A DNA stretch of 64,000 nt. It comes from Hormiphora californensis. Taxonomy: Eukaryota > Animalia > Ctenophora. The notes beneath the pieces were generated by a model that searched no databases, was not told the DNA's origin, and was given only the letters and a program-made list of their open reading frames with translations. The stretch covers positions 4,712,001 through 4,776,000 of the forward strand of contig CM035358.1 in NCBI GenBank assembly GCA_020137815.1, in the 5' to 3' direction. Positions 24,136 to 41,553 of the stretch are shown piece after piece (positions within the stretch are counted from its first letter, which is position 1; every line of letters begins with the position of its first letter). The position numbers were made by a program, and so were the translations under genes.

Positions 24136-24855
24136 ACATAATATTTCTTGTAAACAGAAAATGGGTTGGGAATGTTTTACTGAGTTGTGTGTCAGTGTGT
24201 AAGTTTAATTCTGGTTTTATCAGAAAAGAGTAATGACTAATATATGATTGTTTTTTGTAAGCGATTTCTTTGTGTTTTTTCTGTTTTAGAAATATGCTTG
24301 TTTCAGTTTTCATTTCCATCTCTATATCAGTCAAGCCCCTGTCCCACGTTGGCCTTGTTATGTTCTAATTCCCTCCGCGGGGAAACTTGGTATCGAAGAC
24401 ACCTCACACTCTTCGCGGCCTTCGTTTGGCGTGCTTCGCACGCCGCGCCGGCAAGGGAGGGGTAACTTCGTTACCAACGGGGAAACAGGGTCGAGCAATG
24501 CAAGTACCATCTTTCCTAAAGACCCCGACCCCCTTTCCCAATTATCTCGGCCACCGATATATTCTCAAAAAGGGAAACAGCTTAGTTTCAGAAAATAATA
24601 AAAAGCAACCTAAGAAGTTTTGATAAAGAATAAATCTGATATGTTACTTTTCATGCTCACTCAAACAAAAAACTCATCAAACAACGATAAAATATAAGAG
24701 TAGTCTACTGAGTCAAATCTCAGTCAATACTAGCTGACCGGTGTTCTCGTGCGCTCAGATCTCAGGACATTGGCAGCTCTGACAGAATACAGCTGTCTTT
24801 CACCCTAAATATTTGCCACATACAATCTCGTGAACTATAACCAATATAACAAATG

Positions 24856-25911
24856 CTAAACGTCCGTTATACTACTATACTGCCTGGCAATGTGCCCATA
24901 ATTACCCACACCCTTCACACTAACCTTCTTCACGCTATTCGTCCGGGCAGTTTCAATCTCAATCCTCCCCTCAAACATCATGATCTTGAGCATCCTTCTA
25001 AAATTGTAGTTACAACACAGGATACACAGCGGGTTAACAGCGGTCAGGGAGAGAGGCATTATGATGGTTAGGATTAGAGCTGAATTCTCATTCACCACTG
25101 GTACATCCCTCCCACAGATATGCTGGATAATGTCTATAATAGAGCAGGCCAGATAGAAGAATGAGGCACCGTTCATCCACATCACCAAGTAGCTTCCTTT
25201 TGAATTGTTGGCACCTGTTCTACTGCTCAGTTTGATGAGAATGAAGGTACCGACTATAACATAAACCATGAGCCCACTCAGCAAGATATTGTTTATTAGG
25301 GTGATCAGGAGGAACGGTTCTATGGCATGGTCACTTGGTTTACACGTGACTTGTTGAGTTTTCGCCACAAATATCGCCTCCAGATCGGCCTGACCGTACG
25401 CGTTTATTGTGGCGCAGTAAACCAGACAGACAAGGACAGAGAGAGCAAAGTATTTGGGAGACAACTGGACAAAAGGGTTTTTGATTTTCAACATCCTAGC
25501 GAGGGCAAGTGAAACAGTCACAAAAAGAGATACAAAATAGCTGCAACTAGTTGCTATGGTATCCAATCTATCCAATATTGTTGCTGGCCTATACTCCGGC
25601 TCAAAATCAGGTTTAATCAGATTGTGTATGACGAGGATGGGTTTATAAACAGTGGCGGTGAAGTTGATTAGGGCGAGGAGACGGAAGAGGAAGGTTGACT
25701 CAGTGGGCCGTTGTCTGGAGTAGAAGATGTAGCTAAATGGGTTGAGGGTGAGAGAGAGAATGTAGATTAGGATGAGGTTCAGGGCATACCTGAAAAGAGA
25801 GATCGTGGAGGTTAGTTGTATGTATTTGTTCAAACACTTGGTTACGAAGTCACCCGCTGGGGCGATCGTGCGGAGGGGTAATTTCATTACCAATGGTAGA
25901 GTAGTATTCAT
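24856..25911 (-). CDS. Intronless orphan class A GPCR, 351 aa
   Basis: 7 TM segments, TM3 LALARMLKIKNPF, ECL2 Cys, TM7 TAVNPLCI. Confidence 0.75.
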   Translation of the reverse strand: MNTTLPLVMKLPLRTIAPAGDFVTKCLNKYIQLTSTISLFRYALNLILIYILSLTLNPFSYIFYSRQRPTESTFLFRLLALINFTATVYKPILVIHNLIKPDFEPEYRPATILDRLDTIATSCSYFVSLFVTVSLALARMLKIKNPFVQLSPKYFALSVLVCLVYCATINAYGQADLEAIFVAKTQQVTCKPSDHAIEPFLLITLINNILLSGLMVYVIVGTFILIKLSSRTGANNSKGSYLVMWMNGASFFYLACSIIDIIQHICGRDVPVVNENSALILTIIMPLSLTAVNPLCILCCNYNFRRMLKIMMFEGRIEIETARTNSVKKVSVKGVGNYGHIARQYSSITDV

Positions 25912-27561
25912 TTGAGTAGGAATGTAGGATCAAGATTCTAACTAAATAAGATAATATCATCACTGTAAATTTATCGATTCAACCCAGGAACCGACCGAAT
26001 CAGGAAATACTGGTCCCTGATTGGCTGATAACCAGTCACGTGACCTAAATAACGAGTTCTGATTGGTTGTTTACTTGTTTCGGTTGGTTCCTGATTCAAC
26101 CCCACTTCAACTTACCAGTAGTTCATAGGGGAGGGTGTGACGATGTTACCAAGTGTTACATTTCCCCACAGTTCCACAGTCTGTCTAGTTGAGGGGTTAC
26201 CGAATATCGCCATGGTGTAGTGAGTCTATTTGAAATTAGTGAGTTTAGCTCTAGCCCTTAAGTGGACTAAGAAATAGTAGTCTGGTGTTTGGTTGTTTTA
26301 CAAAATTTGGCGTCACGGGCACGGTGAGAGAGAAAGGCAAGTGATCTGTGTGATAAGCTTTGTGTAAGTAATTCCTGGATGACTATACCACACAGCTCAC
26401 ACTAAACAAGACAGTGATCGCTGCATGGTTCATAGTGTCAGCAGTAGTAACTCAATTACACCTCATGACACTGGTAGTAACGCGTTTCAGCAACACGCAC
26501 ACAACACATGTCACTGGTAGTGAGTAGTGTTTAGCAACACGTGTACAATCCTATTCCAATGCACGTGTAAATATTCTGAAGTTGCCACTGGGGATTGAAG
26601 TAAGGTGTGTGTCGTGTTACTGTTAAGATTAGCAACGATTTTACAGAATGCCTGGTCTAAATGGTAATACTGGATTGGTATGGCAAAAGCGAATGTAATT
26701 TAAGAAACTCAATCATTTGTATTCTGTAGAAAAGCCGATTTTAGAATTGGGGCTGTCTCTAATTAAATCGTACACTGCATTCATTGAGAATGGTGTAATT
26801 GTATTTCGTTACAAAATTGGAAGCTGAAAATCTAATAAATCATCTGGTCATCAGTCCACTAAGTCATCTCAGGCAATAAAATATAATTTCAATCGATATA
26901 AGGCTTAGTAGGCTGGTCTAAACATGTTGAGATAAGTACATGATATCACTAAATTAAACCACACTTTAGGTACTCATGTGGTTAAATAACATCACTGCTC
27001 CAAATTAATGGGAGGCGGTTGTGACCATCATCACAGAGCTGTGAAAACAAATTAAAAAAAGGAATTGATAGTAAGGACATCGCAACAACATCCGTCGGGA
27101 AGTGGGGGAGATGTAAAGGAACAAAGCGAATCATAGATAACCGAGACAATGTTGAATATTGATGAATCATACAATTAGTGATATTATATCCAATAAAGCT
27201 ATCGTTGAATCTATCGGAAAAGGATGAATCCTCTCCTTGGAAAGCATCATAGTATCATACAATCATAATCACACATAAATCCTATCTAGATTCTAGGCAG
27301 TAGTAATAGGCAGAACATGTTGTTGATATCAATATTGGATATATTGGAACATCTTTTATACCGGCGCAATGAAGGTGTCACTGTGCTGTCACTAACCGGA
27401 ACCCTAGAAGAAGATCCATGGAATATATATGTACGGTAAACTAAACTATCAAATTTACGGCGGCTCTGTTTCTGGTGAAAATTTCGCTGAAATTAAGTTA
27501 ATTCCGAGCATCTTCTACCTACGTAAGCAACTCGCTACTGGAACGCAACTTCACAGGTGTT

Positions 27562-27639
<78 letters not shown>

Positions 27640-28487
27640 GATCTCTATCTTCCTATCTACCTCTAATTCCATCTTTCTTTCTCTTCTCTATCTTTCGTTC
27701 TTTTCTCTCCGAATTACCCACTCTCTTCCGGGAAGATGCATAGCGTTAATCTCACATATATCTCCAAATTATAATATTGACCCGATCCATTCCACGGTTA
27801 ATCATCGATTCTGAATTGTGATCACGCACAACTTATAGGAACTAACCAGTGCTTTGTAGCTGTTTTAATCTATGCCAATAAGAAGATATGAAATGTCCTC
27901 TTATAATTATTCGAGAGACTATAATGTCACCATATGTAACCACAAGATTGTCACAACTTTCAAAATCATGCGGTTGAAGTAATATAATATGATCGTATAT
28001 CACAAAGTTTTGATGATTCATGAATATTATCCAATCATCATGGGATTATATCCAAACATGTGATTCATGACATGTTGGATACCATCATGGCCCATGATTT
28101 ATGAGAGTAGTTTACTAAACTCATCAAGTAAACTCTGACGTTATGGACAACACTGTGAATAATAAGTTTATAAATTCGGCTCCATTCAGTGTGGATATAT
28201 CAAACTGGTTTGAAAATATTGAACTACTAGTGAGAAATAACAAATTGAAATAACTGCAATGGTAACTAGTACATCATTAATAACATGATGATTCAACCTT
28301 ATTTCAATTTAATATTGTTGGTGGTTCTTCTTGGTTACAAGTAATCTTCAACGTCACGCACACACGTCACGATTTATCTTCATATTATGACTTATGACTA
28401 CCTAATCTGATGATTGGACTGAACAGGGAGGGATGGGGAAGGGAGAGAGAGATGAGAGAGAGAGACGAGGAGAGAGAGAGAGAGAGG

Positions 28488-28610
<123 letters not shown>

Positions 28611-28813
28611 AGAGAGCGGAGAGAAGGAGGAGGAGCAGAGAGAGAGCGGTAGTAGGCGAGAGAGAGAGCGATGAGGAGAGAGAGAGATCGACTGAGAGAG
28701 AAGGCAGATAGTTCGATCTAGATCTACGTCGCAGAAGACGATCCTCAGAAGGAGTAGAGAGAGCAGCTCTCGTCTATACTAGATCTGCTCTCTCTCCGTC
28801 TGCTCTATCTCAG

Positions 28814-32569
<3,756 letters not shown>

Positions 32570-32630
32570 AAAACAATTACATTTTTGAAAATTGATGGCA
32601 TTTTAAGTCAAAGACAGATCTGTATAGTAA

Positions 32631-32901
32631 GGGGAAACTCTAACTGAATGGCATCCCATTAATGGGATCCCATCAACAGTAAAACTCTAACTGATAATGG
32701 ACCACAGTGATGGTTCTTTCTCTGTATTCTCTCTGTGTGCGCGCCCAATCAATCAATCAATCAATCAATGCCCGGGCATGCCCAATGTACTGCCTACAGA
32801 GAGAATACAGAGAAAGAACCATCACTGTGGTCCATTATCAGTTAGAGTTTTACTGTTGATGGGATCCCATTAATGAGATGCCATTCAGTTAGAGTTTCCC
32901 C
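32631..32901. mobile_element. PIF/Harbinger-like MITE, about 105-bp TIRs, TAA TSD
   Basis: taa-ggggaaactctaactg...cagttagagtttcccc-taa. Confidence 0.85.
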
Positions 32902-34146
32902 TAATAGAGCAGAGAGATACCTCGACTGTCAGAGCATTGGCCTGACAGTACCTCGAGGTGGACATCTTTTCGTTGTTTTCATTAATTAAAATGAGACAAG
33001 AGTATATTTTTTGAGTGTTTTACTTTTTTTAACGTGTGCATGGTGCATGGGTGGTGGCCAGGAACCGACCGAATCAGGAAATACTGGTCCCTGATTGGCT
33101 GATAACCAGTCACGTGACCTAAATAACGAGTTCTGATTGGTTGTTTACTTGTTTCGGTCGGTGCATGGGTGGTGGCCGAACTGCTATCTTGAAAAATTTA
33201 TGAGAGTGTTTTATTTTGTAAATACCAGTTGATATTATTTTTTCAATTCCCTTATATGATTTTCTAACGTTTACTCAACTTGTTGGGGCAGGAAATCTGA
33301 TCTGCACCGTAGAGTCTTGCCCCATTCGTCCTTCCCCAACAAATGTATAAAGTCGGATTTTTTGAAGTTGTCACCCCCAAAATGACCGTGCATGTGAAAT
33401 CTATCAAATTTGATGCACACACCACACGTTAACATGTGATGTGACGCACAAAAACATTCCGTGCATGAAAAGGGGGGTAACAACTTCAAAAAATCCGACT
33501 TTACCCATACTGTGGTCTCCGGTCGGTTTATTTGGTCACTATTCCGAATAGTATTCGTAAAGGCAGGTGCCCTCTCATGCCAATGCTCTGACCGCGGTTC
33601 TCTATTGAAAGAAATGATTAGAGAGTCAGGCCAATACTCTGCACTGACAGGTTTATTGGTCGGTCCCGTATAATTATTGGCAAAGGAAGGGGCCCTCCCG
33701 TTACTATATAGCTATAGCTATAGAAGCTGCACCGTTAACAAGCTATATCACATGGTGAAACCACATTGTTATTGCTCGTGATAGAGTGAGCTGTCTATTT
33801 TGGGTACTTGTGCCCTCTTACCATGCTCACACTTCAGTGTGTGTAAGAGAGAGGCAATTTCACGTTCTCTCTTTGTGCAATTTGTTCTCATCTCTCCAAG
33901 TCCATGACCATCTTGATAATCTCATAATTTTGACTCGGACTGTGATTCTTTGTCTTCAGGACCACCAACCATCTGTCATGCAATTTCTGTCGTGTCACAA
34001 AATTTCATTGTCCTTTGTCACACGCTGATACAGGATGACACATGGTTATCAATTGCACAATTCCAACTGTCTTGGGTAATGGTGGATGCTTGCAGATACA
34101 CACAACTGTTATATGGAGTACAGACGATCTATCTTTCTCTCTCTTT

Positions 34147-34263
<117 letters not shown>

Positions 34264-34632
34264 CTTTCTTTCTCTCTTTCTTTCTCTTCCTCTCTCTCTC
34301 TATACTCGTTCTCTCTCTTCCTGACTTCCTATCTCTCTACCCTCTCGAACTAATCTGCTTGGCTAACTTTTTCACACACTTTTTCTGTCTCTGTCTGCTT
34401 GCGTCGATGTGTTTGTTGTTTGGTTATACTGTTTGCAATGTTGTCAGTGACGAACATATCTAGATATTTTTTCAACAACTTTGCTAACTGTAAATGGTAT
34501 TATCTAATCTGTGAGGCTTCATTGCTAATATTCTATTCGTTATGGGCAGTCGTCAAAAGAAAGGGTCAAATTTTTGCAGCCCTTCGTTCGGGTTCACAAA
34601 ACTTTTGATATTTTATTGAACCGACAAAAAGT

Positions 34633-34714
34633 CGACGAGGATGGGATTCGAACCCACGCGGGAATATCCCAATGGATTAGCAGTCCATCGCCTTAACCAC
34701 TCGGCCACCTCGTC
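34633..34714 (-). tRNA. tRNA-Ser(GCT)
   Basis: GACGAGGTGGCCGAGTGGTTAAGGCGATGGACTGCTAATCCATTGGGATATTCCCGCGTGGGTTCGAATCCCATCCTCGTCG, 82 nt with a long variable arm and a downstream T5 Pol III terminator. Confidence 0.97.
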
Positions 34715-34843
34715 GCTGAATAATGAGCTATTGTGCGCAATATTATTCGTCCTTGCTGCTTCCACCCCGCACAGTGCACATCTTTCTATGTTGTTCTTTG
34801 TACCCTACTACATTACACATCCCCTACACATCCTTATTCCTAA

Positions 34844-35438
34844 GGCTATAAGCATACTGATCGTGATGATCATAATCAGGTCAGTGTGCGGAGATTTTGA
34901 TGGTCACCATCAAAGAAGCGCACACACTGATGTTTATCATCATGATGGAGGCTTGATGCATCATGATGCTCTCAAACCATAGTGTGTTCACGTTTGATCA
35001 TCATAAACCATAGTGTGCGCAGGTTTGATCATCATAAACCATACTCAACTTGTTGGAACTTGCCTTTTGATCATGATCATCATGACCAGTGTGCTCAGCA
35101 TGATGATGCTATCTCCCCCTTTGCGAGTCGCGCGCTCTGAGAGGTTGTTGCATATCACGTGACCTGTACAACAGCCTCTCGCGCGCGCGAAGTCGTACCA
35201 CGTGGTACATATCACATGACTACAGTGCAGCCCTCCATAAGAATAAGATCAGAACGTGCGCACACTAGGTGTTGATGATCATCATCCAACTTAAGAGACG
35301 GCTCCAGGGCCAGCTCTTACGTGATGATCATAATGTTCCGCACACTGCATTTTTTATGCAGATGATGATGATCAAAACCATGAGCACACTTCATCTTTTT
35401 AACTGATTATGATCATCACGATCAGTATGCTTATAGCC
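34844..35438. mobile_element. Harbinger-like MITE with about 36-bp TIRs, TAA TSD and many tgatcatca subrepeats
   Basis: taa-ggctataagcatactgatcgtgatgatcataatcag ... ctgattatgatcatcacgatcagtatgcttatagcc-taa. Confidence 0.8.
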
Positions 35439-35964
35439 TAATACCCTAGTTATGGCGTAGACAGTTTGGAATAATAGGTGTGCGGATCCTTTCCGTGTAG
35501 CTGAGGTAAGGACCATGTGGGATAGGGGATATGTGGGATAGGGGACATGTGGGATAGGGGATATGTGGGTACTACCCAGGGTAGGAGCAGGGCAGGAACC
35601 GACCGAATCAGGAAATACTGGTCCCTGATTGGCTGATAACCAGTCACGTGACCTAAATAACAAGTTCTGATTGGTTGTTTACTTGTTTCGGTCGGTTCCT
35701 GGTACTACCCAGGGTAGGGGCAGGGGCTATCATATCTAGAGTTATAGGAGTGGAGCCTCCCATCCTCCCTATGATATAATAGCCCCTCGGAGGGTAGGCG
35801 ACTGGAGAACATGTTTTGCTTGTTTGTCATGGGTTAATGGGGTGATGTTGATTGTTGGGACTTTGACAATGACAAACTATGACACCTGGGACCATTGAAG
35901 AATGACAGTGAGACCGACAGATGGACCGACACATACAAGACGATGATGACAAACAGACAACAAT

Positions 35965-36906
35965 ATGGCACATCACTCGACCATCTCTTTCTCTCCCTTC
36001 AGGTCCCGATATAATGTGATGTGGGAATCCTTCAAGCGGCGACTGCAAGCCTGCTGTGGAGGCTGTTGTCCCTCCCTTCTCAGCCCCACTCCCTCAACTC
36101 CTTGTTCAACCTGTTACTGCTACTACGACTACCAGACTACAAGTGTTAAAACCGTAGAAAAGACCCCCTTTCAGTATGAGGATCATAAGAAACGGAGACG
36201 AGGGTTTATCAGGTTTTCAAAACAGTCCAAAACAAGCCAGAGACTGACCGAGGAGGCGATTCAGAGCCTAGGAGGGTACGGTGCGACACCAAGAAGAGCT
36301 GGTGTGGCTCCCGAGCCTGTCGATCTAAATGCTATACATCCCTGGCTGAGTGAAGTGAGGCCCATGGACCTAGAGATGAGGAGGGAGATCGATTTCCTGG
36401 TTACGACTTATGATAGAGAGTATGAAGAGATGGAGAAAGCGACACAGCCGGCTGAAGAGAAGAAGAGGATTGAGGACGATGCTGTGAGTGTAGCACCCTC
36501 CCACGCCTCGAATGTCTCTAGAAAGAGTGCCTATCATGCAGACAGGATGGACCTAGCATCAAGGATTAGAGTGGCCAAGGAGGCAGTACAGAAGAAGGAA
36601 CAGAGGAAGTTGAGAACTAAACAGAGGAAGAAACACGGAAAGATCGAGGGATTGAACCCCCTGGCTATGCCGGTGTATAGCCTGCCCTTGGAGCCCACAG
36701 AGACTGTGAGATACAACCGGAGGGAGAAATATGTGAAACTGAGGGAGAGAGATAACTCATCAAGTTCTAGTTCCAGTTCTAGTTCCAGTTCTTCTTCAGT
36801 TCTTCTTCATCATCTTCATCCTCGTCTAATAGTGGCAAAAAGAAGAAGAAAAGAAAGAAGAAGAAGAAAGGACAGAAGAAGTAACATGTCAGTTGTTGTC
36901 ACGTGA
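35965..36906 (+). CDS. Uncharacterised protein with Cys-rich N-terminus and Ser/Lys-rich C-terminus. Probable indel near 36800; true end likely ...SGKKKKKRKKKKGQKK* at about 36884
   Basis: Long coding-like ORF. The poly-Ser run continues in another frame into a poly-Lys end. Confidence 0.6.
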   Translation: MAHHSTISFSPFRSRYNVMWESFKRRLQACCGGCCPSLLSPTPSTPCSTCYCYYDYQTTSVKTVEKTPFQYEDHKKRRRGFIRFSKQSKTSQRLTEEAIQSLGGYGATPRRAGVAPEPVDLNAIHPWLSEVRPMDLEMRREIDFLVTTYDREYEEMEKATQPAEEKKRIEDDAVSVAPSHASNVSRKSAYHADRMDLASRIRVAKEAVQKKEQRKLRTKQRKKHGKIEGLNPLAMPVYSLPLEPTETVRYNRREKYVKLRERDNSSSSSSSSSSSSSSVLLHHLHPRLIVAKRRRKERRRRKDRRSNMSVVVT

Positions 36907-37082
36907 AAAATAGCAGGGATTAGAGAAAACATTCTCCAGCTGTCAGCTCAGAGTCAGAGATATAGAGAGTGAGAGAAAGAGAGAGATTGAGTGAGAGAGA
37001 AACGTGATAATACAATTGTGCTCTATTCAAGAAGCTAAGAGAAAGTTGAGAAGCTGATTCTCTCGGTGTAAGTTACTACAGA

Positions 37083-37518
37083 ATGCTGGTTTTTCTTCTC
37101 TGTTTGTTATCCCTTGCGGCCCAACCATCAACAACCACCCTTGGCTATGTGGAATCAGGACTGTCCGAAAAACACTGGAGATGGTACAAGATACGGTGGA
37201 ATGATAAACTTGCCAAAACTGCGGCGGATATCCGCGACAGACAACTCGCTCTGTCAGCCAGCCCTCCACTTGACTGAGGAGGAGGGAGGTCATGAAACAA
37301 ACAGTTATCTGCCGGGTGAGAGGTGGCTGTTGTCAATCGTCAGACAACCTGTTTTGGTGAAGCACTTTGCCGATCAGTACATGGCTACCAAGAGGAGAAT
37401 CCTGGGTTACCTGATCGAGAGGAGTGTGATGAAAAATCCTGAAGTTGGGTGTGCAACGGAGTTTAATGATTGGGTGGACGGGGAGTGGGGAAAGATTTAC
37501 TGTCTTTACAAGTTTTAG
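37083..37518 (+). CDS. Small putative secreted protein of about 145 aa, split by one +1 frame break near 37270
   Basis: Signal peptide MLVFLLCLLSLAA. The +1 frame continues EEEGGHE..ATKRRILG..GCATEFNDWVDGEWGKIYCLYKF*. Confidence 0.55.
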
Positions 37519-38316
37519 ATCGAGAGTTCTGTAGAGTTGTTGTTTTTCAATTTCATTAACTATATAGTTTTGATGATTGGAAATTTGACGTGTGATCTTC
37601 GTCCGAATTTTCCATTTATGGGGCGTGGCGCCGAGAGAGAGCTGGAATGTTCTAGCCACGTCGTCGCTCTACAACTCTACATTTAATGCACAATGCATTG
37701 CACATACATAACGGAACATCTTTTTAAATTTGTCAACTGTTTTTCAGGGAGAGGAGCTATTTTTCAACCAAGGGGCAACGCCCGGTCAGAGAGAGAGGAT
37801 TCTCTTCACTAAACAATTCTCTGGTGAGTAAATGAAAAACACGGGAGTCGGGAATTGGAAAGGTTCATGGCATGAACCGACCGAAACAAGTAAACAACCA
37901 ATCAGAACTCGTTATTTAGGTCACGTGACTGGTTATCAGCCAATCAGGGACTGTCTGGCGGCGCCAGACCCCAATTTGATTCTCAAATTGCGCTCAGATG
38001 GGTCGCGGCGCCAGACAGATCAGGGATCAGTATTTCCTGATTCGGTCGGTTCCTGGTTCATGGTGTCTCCTCGTGAGACATCATGAAAGAATTGTGTAGA
38101 CCCTAAAAACTACCGTTGTTTTTAATTTGTAGTATCAAAGAGTGAACATTTGATCAACCAAACTGATATCAATTAGTGAACATTTGATCAACCAAACTGA
38201 TATCAATTAGTGAACATTTGATTAACCAAACTGAATACCCTGTTTCACTGTTTCAAACTGATATCCAATACCCTGTTTCAGTGGAGCTGTTTCCGAATGG
38301 TCTGCAGCAGAGTTAA

Positions 38317-41300
38317 ATGAGCTCAATATGGGATGCCTTAGTTAGACGTATCAGATCAGCCCTTACCCTTGTCTGTCCCTTTTGTGCAAATGACTATCAA
38401 TACACCGAGCGAGACAATAATAACGCTCAACAAGAGCCTGAATCAGAACAGAAAGATGTCTACCAACCCAAGAAGGCCAGGAAGAATGTCCGGAAAACGG
38501 GAAAACAGGAGGAAGATGATGTAATTGTAGTACCAAACGAAGAAGCTGGGTTTTCATCAAAATCAGGTTCTTCACAATGCGGGGATATAGAAGTACAAAA
38601 TTCAGCCGAGGAAAGGCTGGTAATTCGGAGATCTGCTTTCCTGCCCGCTGACCCTTATGAAGCTGATCCAGCAAGCGATGGGTGGCACCCTGAGCTCTTC
38701 CAGGATCGGTCAGAAGAACTCCAGGATGCTGGAACAATGAGACGGGGTACTGGCACTTTAGATAGGACCATGTTGGCTAGTACCATACAGGTGAACATGC
38801 CAGGAACCTTGAATAGGCCCAGTTTGAATAGGCAAAACTCGATCACACCCATCCCTCCACCTGAGATAATGGAAGAGAGACCTGTATCACCGGTTCAGAG
38901 GACACCCAGTCGGTATTCACCCACCTCTCCAGACGACTTTGCTGACAGCGTCTCGCAGGTTAGCAGGAAAAGCAGGAAATCTATCTTTAGTTTTGCTAAG
39001 AAGAAGAAAAAGAGAGACAAGCCAAAGGGAGATGGAGATTCGGTTTCTGTATTTTCCTTTGCATCTTTCAAATCCGGCCTATCGGAGAGTGAGAAGACTG
39101 AGCGGAAGGATGCCAAAAAGCGGAAAAAAGCCGAGAAGAAGGACAAAAAGGCAGTGGAAGGGAAAGAACTACAGCTATCTACGGCCCTAAACCAACAAAA
39201 GATGGAAAACATATACCCCTGGATGAACCAAGCCGGGTCATCAGATGAAGATGAAGGAGCTCTGGTTGGGAAGAATTTGATAGAGGAGATTAGGATTAGA
39301 GAGGCCCAGGAGAAGCAAAGACAGGTGGAGGAGGAGGAGGCTCAGAAACGTTCCATTCCCTCTGATTCTGTTCTCCAGCTGGGTACTGAGGTTTCTGAGC
39401 TTGAGGATGTCCCATTCTTTATTCACCATAACAGATTTGGAGTTCCTGATAATGTTCAAAAACAACCCTTCAGGCTTCAATCAGCCTCCCCCACGGAGGA
39501 GAAACAGCCCCCACCCCGACTGAGACAGATGAGTTCTGATCCTGAAACTGACGGAGTTGCTCGGAAAACCCGGAAATCCATCGTTGAGAAAAGTGAGAAG
39601 ACACCCCCGATGCCTTCCCTTCACCCGACCGCATTCCAAACACCACTAGTCAAAAAGGACATCTTCGCTAATGTCATACCACCTAACAAACTGGTCCCTG
39701 TTACCATGGTTACTGAGATTCAACCCGCATCCCAGGTGGACTCTCTCCCTCTGAATGTGAGGCAGACCTCTGATGATGAGAGAGACTTAAAGAGAGAAAT
39801 TGAGGAGGTAACTCAACATGATGACTTCCTCCAGACTATCTCTGTTGATGTTAGTGAGAGTAGGAAATCGAGACAGGATAGAAGGAGACGGAAAAGGGAA
39901 CGATCTGAATCAAAGAGAAAGAGCCGTGGGCCCCGTGTGATAACTTCCAATCCGATTGAAGACCGATCAATTGACGATGTTCCAATCAGTATAGATAAAG
40001 ATGTTGATTTTACCAACCCCATTCTATTCCCTGAACCTTCGGCCGAGAAGCGCAAAGAGATCCCGGTGGTGAACTATACCAAGAATATGGATTCTCACAA
40101 GAAAGATGCCGATAAATCTGAGAGTATCAAAGAGATTACTCTTGAGAAAGTGGAGAAAAGGAAAAGAGAGGTACCCAACAAGGTGGTTGAGAAAAGTGGC
40201 AAAGTGGAGCTGAGAAGCGAAACAAAGAGGGAGATTGTGAATATGGAATTAGCTGCTAACAGAATAAACCATTTCGGAACCAGCGAAGATGCCGCTCCAC
40301 CCAAGGAGGAAAGGAAGAAACGAGACCGATCTGAGAAGTCCGAGAGGAGGAAGCGGGATCGATCGGAGAGAGAGGACCGAAAACGTCGCCATCATGACAG
40401 ATCTGAGAGGAGTGAGAGACGAAAAAGGGAGAAGAGCGAGAAGGGAGAAGAATCTGAAAAAAGAGGCAGGTCTGAACGTCGTGAAAAATCTGAACGTCGT
40501 GAAAAATCTGAACGCCGTGAAAAATCTGAACGTCGTGAAAAATCTGAACGTCGTGAAAAATCTGAAAGGCGGGAAAAACGTGAAAGGTCGGAAAAGAGGG
40601 ATAGATCTGAAAGACGGGACCGATCTGAAAAGAGAGACCGATCAGAAAGAGAGACCGATCAGAAAGAAGAGACAGGTCGGAAAGACGGGAACGCCGAGAT
40701 CGTGATCGTTCAGAGAGGAGCGAGAGAAGGAAAAAGAGGGACACAGCCAGTGACTCAGAAGCTGACCGAACCGAAAAACAAAAAAAGAGACGAGAACGGA
40801 GGGAAAGCAGAGACTCCAGGAAATCTGATGATGGTCGGAGGAGAAGGAAGAGCTCGGGGGAGGAGAAGAGTAAGGACCAGATCAAGAAATTAGCACCACC
40901 CCGACACGGCAGTCCTGTCGAGGTTTATGAAAAGAACGGAACCCTCCATGCCCTTCCACCCCACATTGCCAAGGATATAAAGGTGGATATTGCAGAGAAA
41001 AAGAAGCGAGAACTGGAGGTTATCCGGCAGAAGATGGATCTTGATTTCCAATCCGTCGATACAAAGAGATCTGTCTTCGTTGCGGGGGAACAACCACCCT
41101 CCAACATGCAAAAGGACAAAAAAGGCCGGGCATCCCCAATGAAACAGCGGGTCAGCTCCCGTCCACGACTAGACCCCATTCTGAGTCAAGAGGAGGTAAA
41201 ACCAAAACGAAAACCCGCCAGAGGTCATCTACGAATCGGACGAGGACAAATCTGGGTCGACCCTTCACTCCGGGGACGAAAAACCTCGTGTTGTGAAACG

Positions 41301-41553
41301 ACAGTCCTCGGTGACTTCCAACGACTCAACACTTCATGATATCGGTGATATTCCATCAGAGTGGAATGTGAGTATGATGAGTAGAAGTCGGCAGTTTAGT
41401 ATGAAAAGTGACGATTCAAGTGTAGTCCCGCGTCACCCACCGGTCCCAGCTATCCGGTAGGGGACGATCTCCATGCGGGGGCACAACCCAGAAGGAGCCC
41501 GGGGAAGGATGTAAAAAAGGGAAAAAAGAAGGGTAAGAAAGGAAAGTGATAAT
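38317..41553 (+). CDS. Large low-complexity charged protein with RREKSE repeats; 3' part broken by frameshifts after about 40650
   Basis: 858-aa ORF, 18-bp tandem repeat gaacgtcgtgaaaaatct at 40473-40565, and coding-like continuation in ORF 40983-41339 and beyond. Confidence 0.65.
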
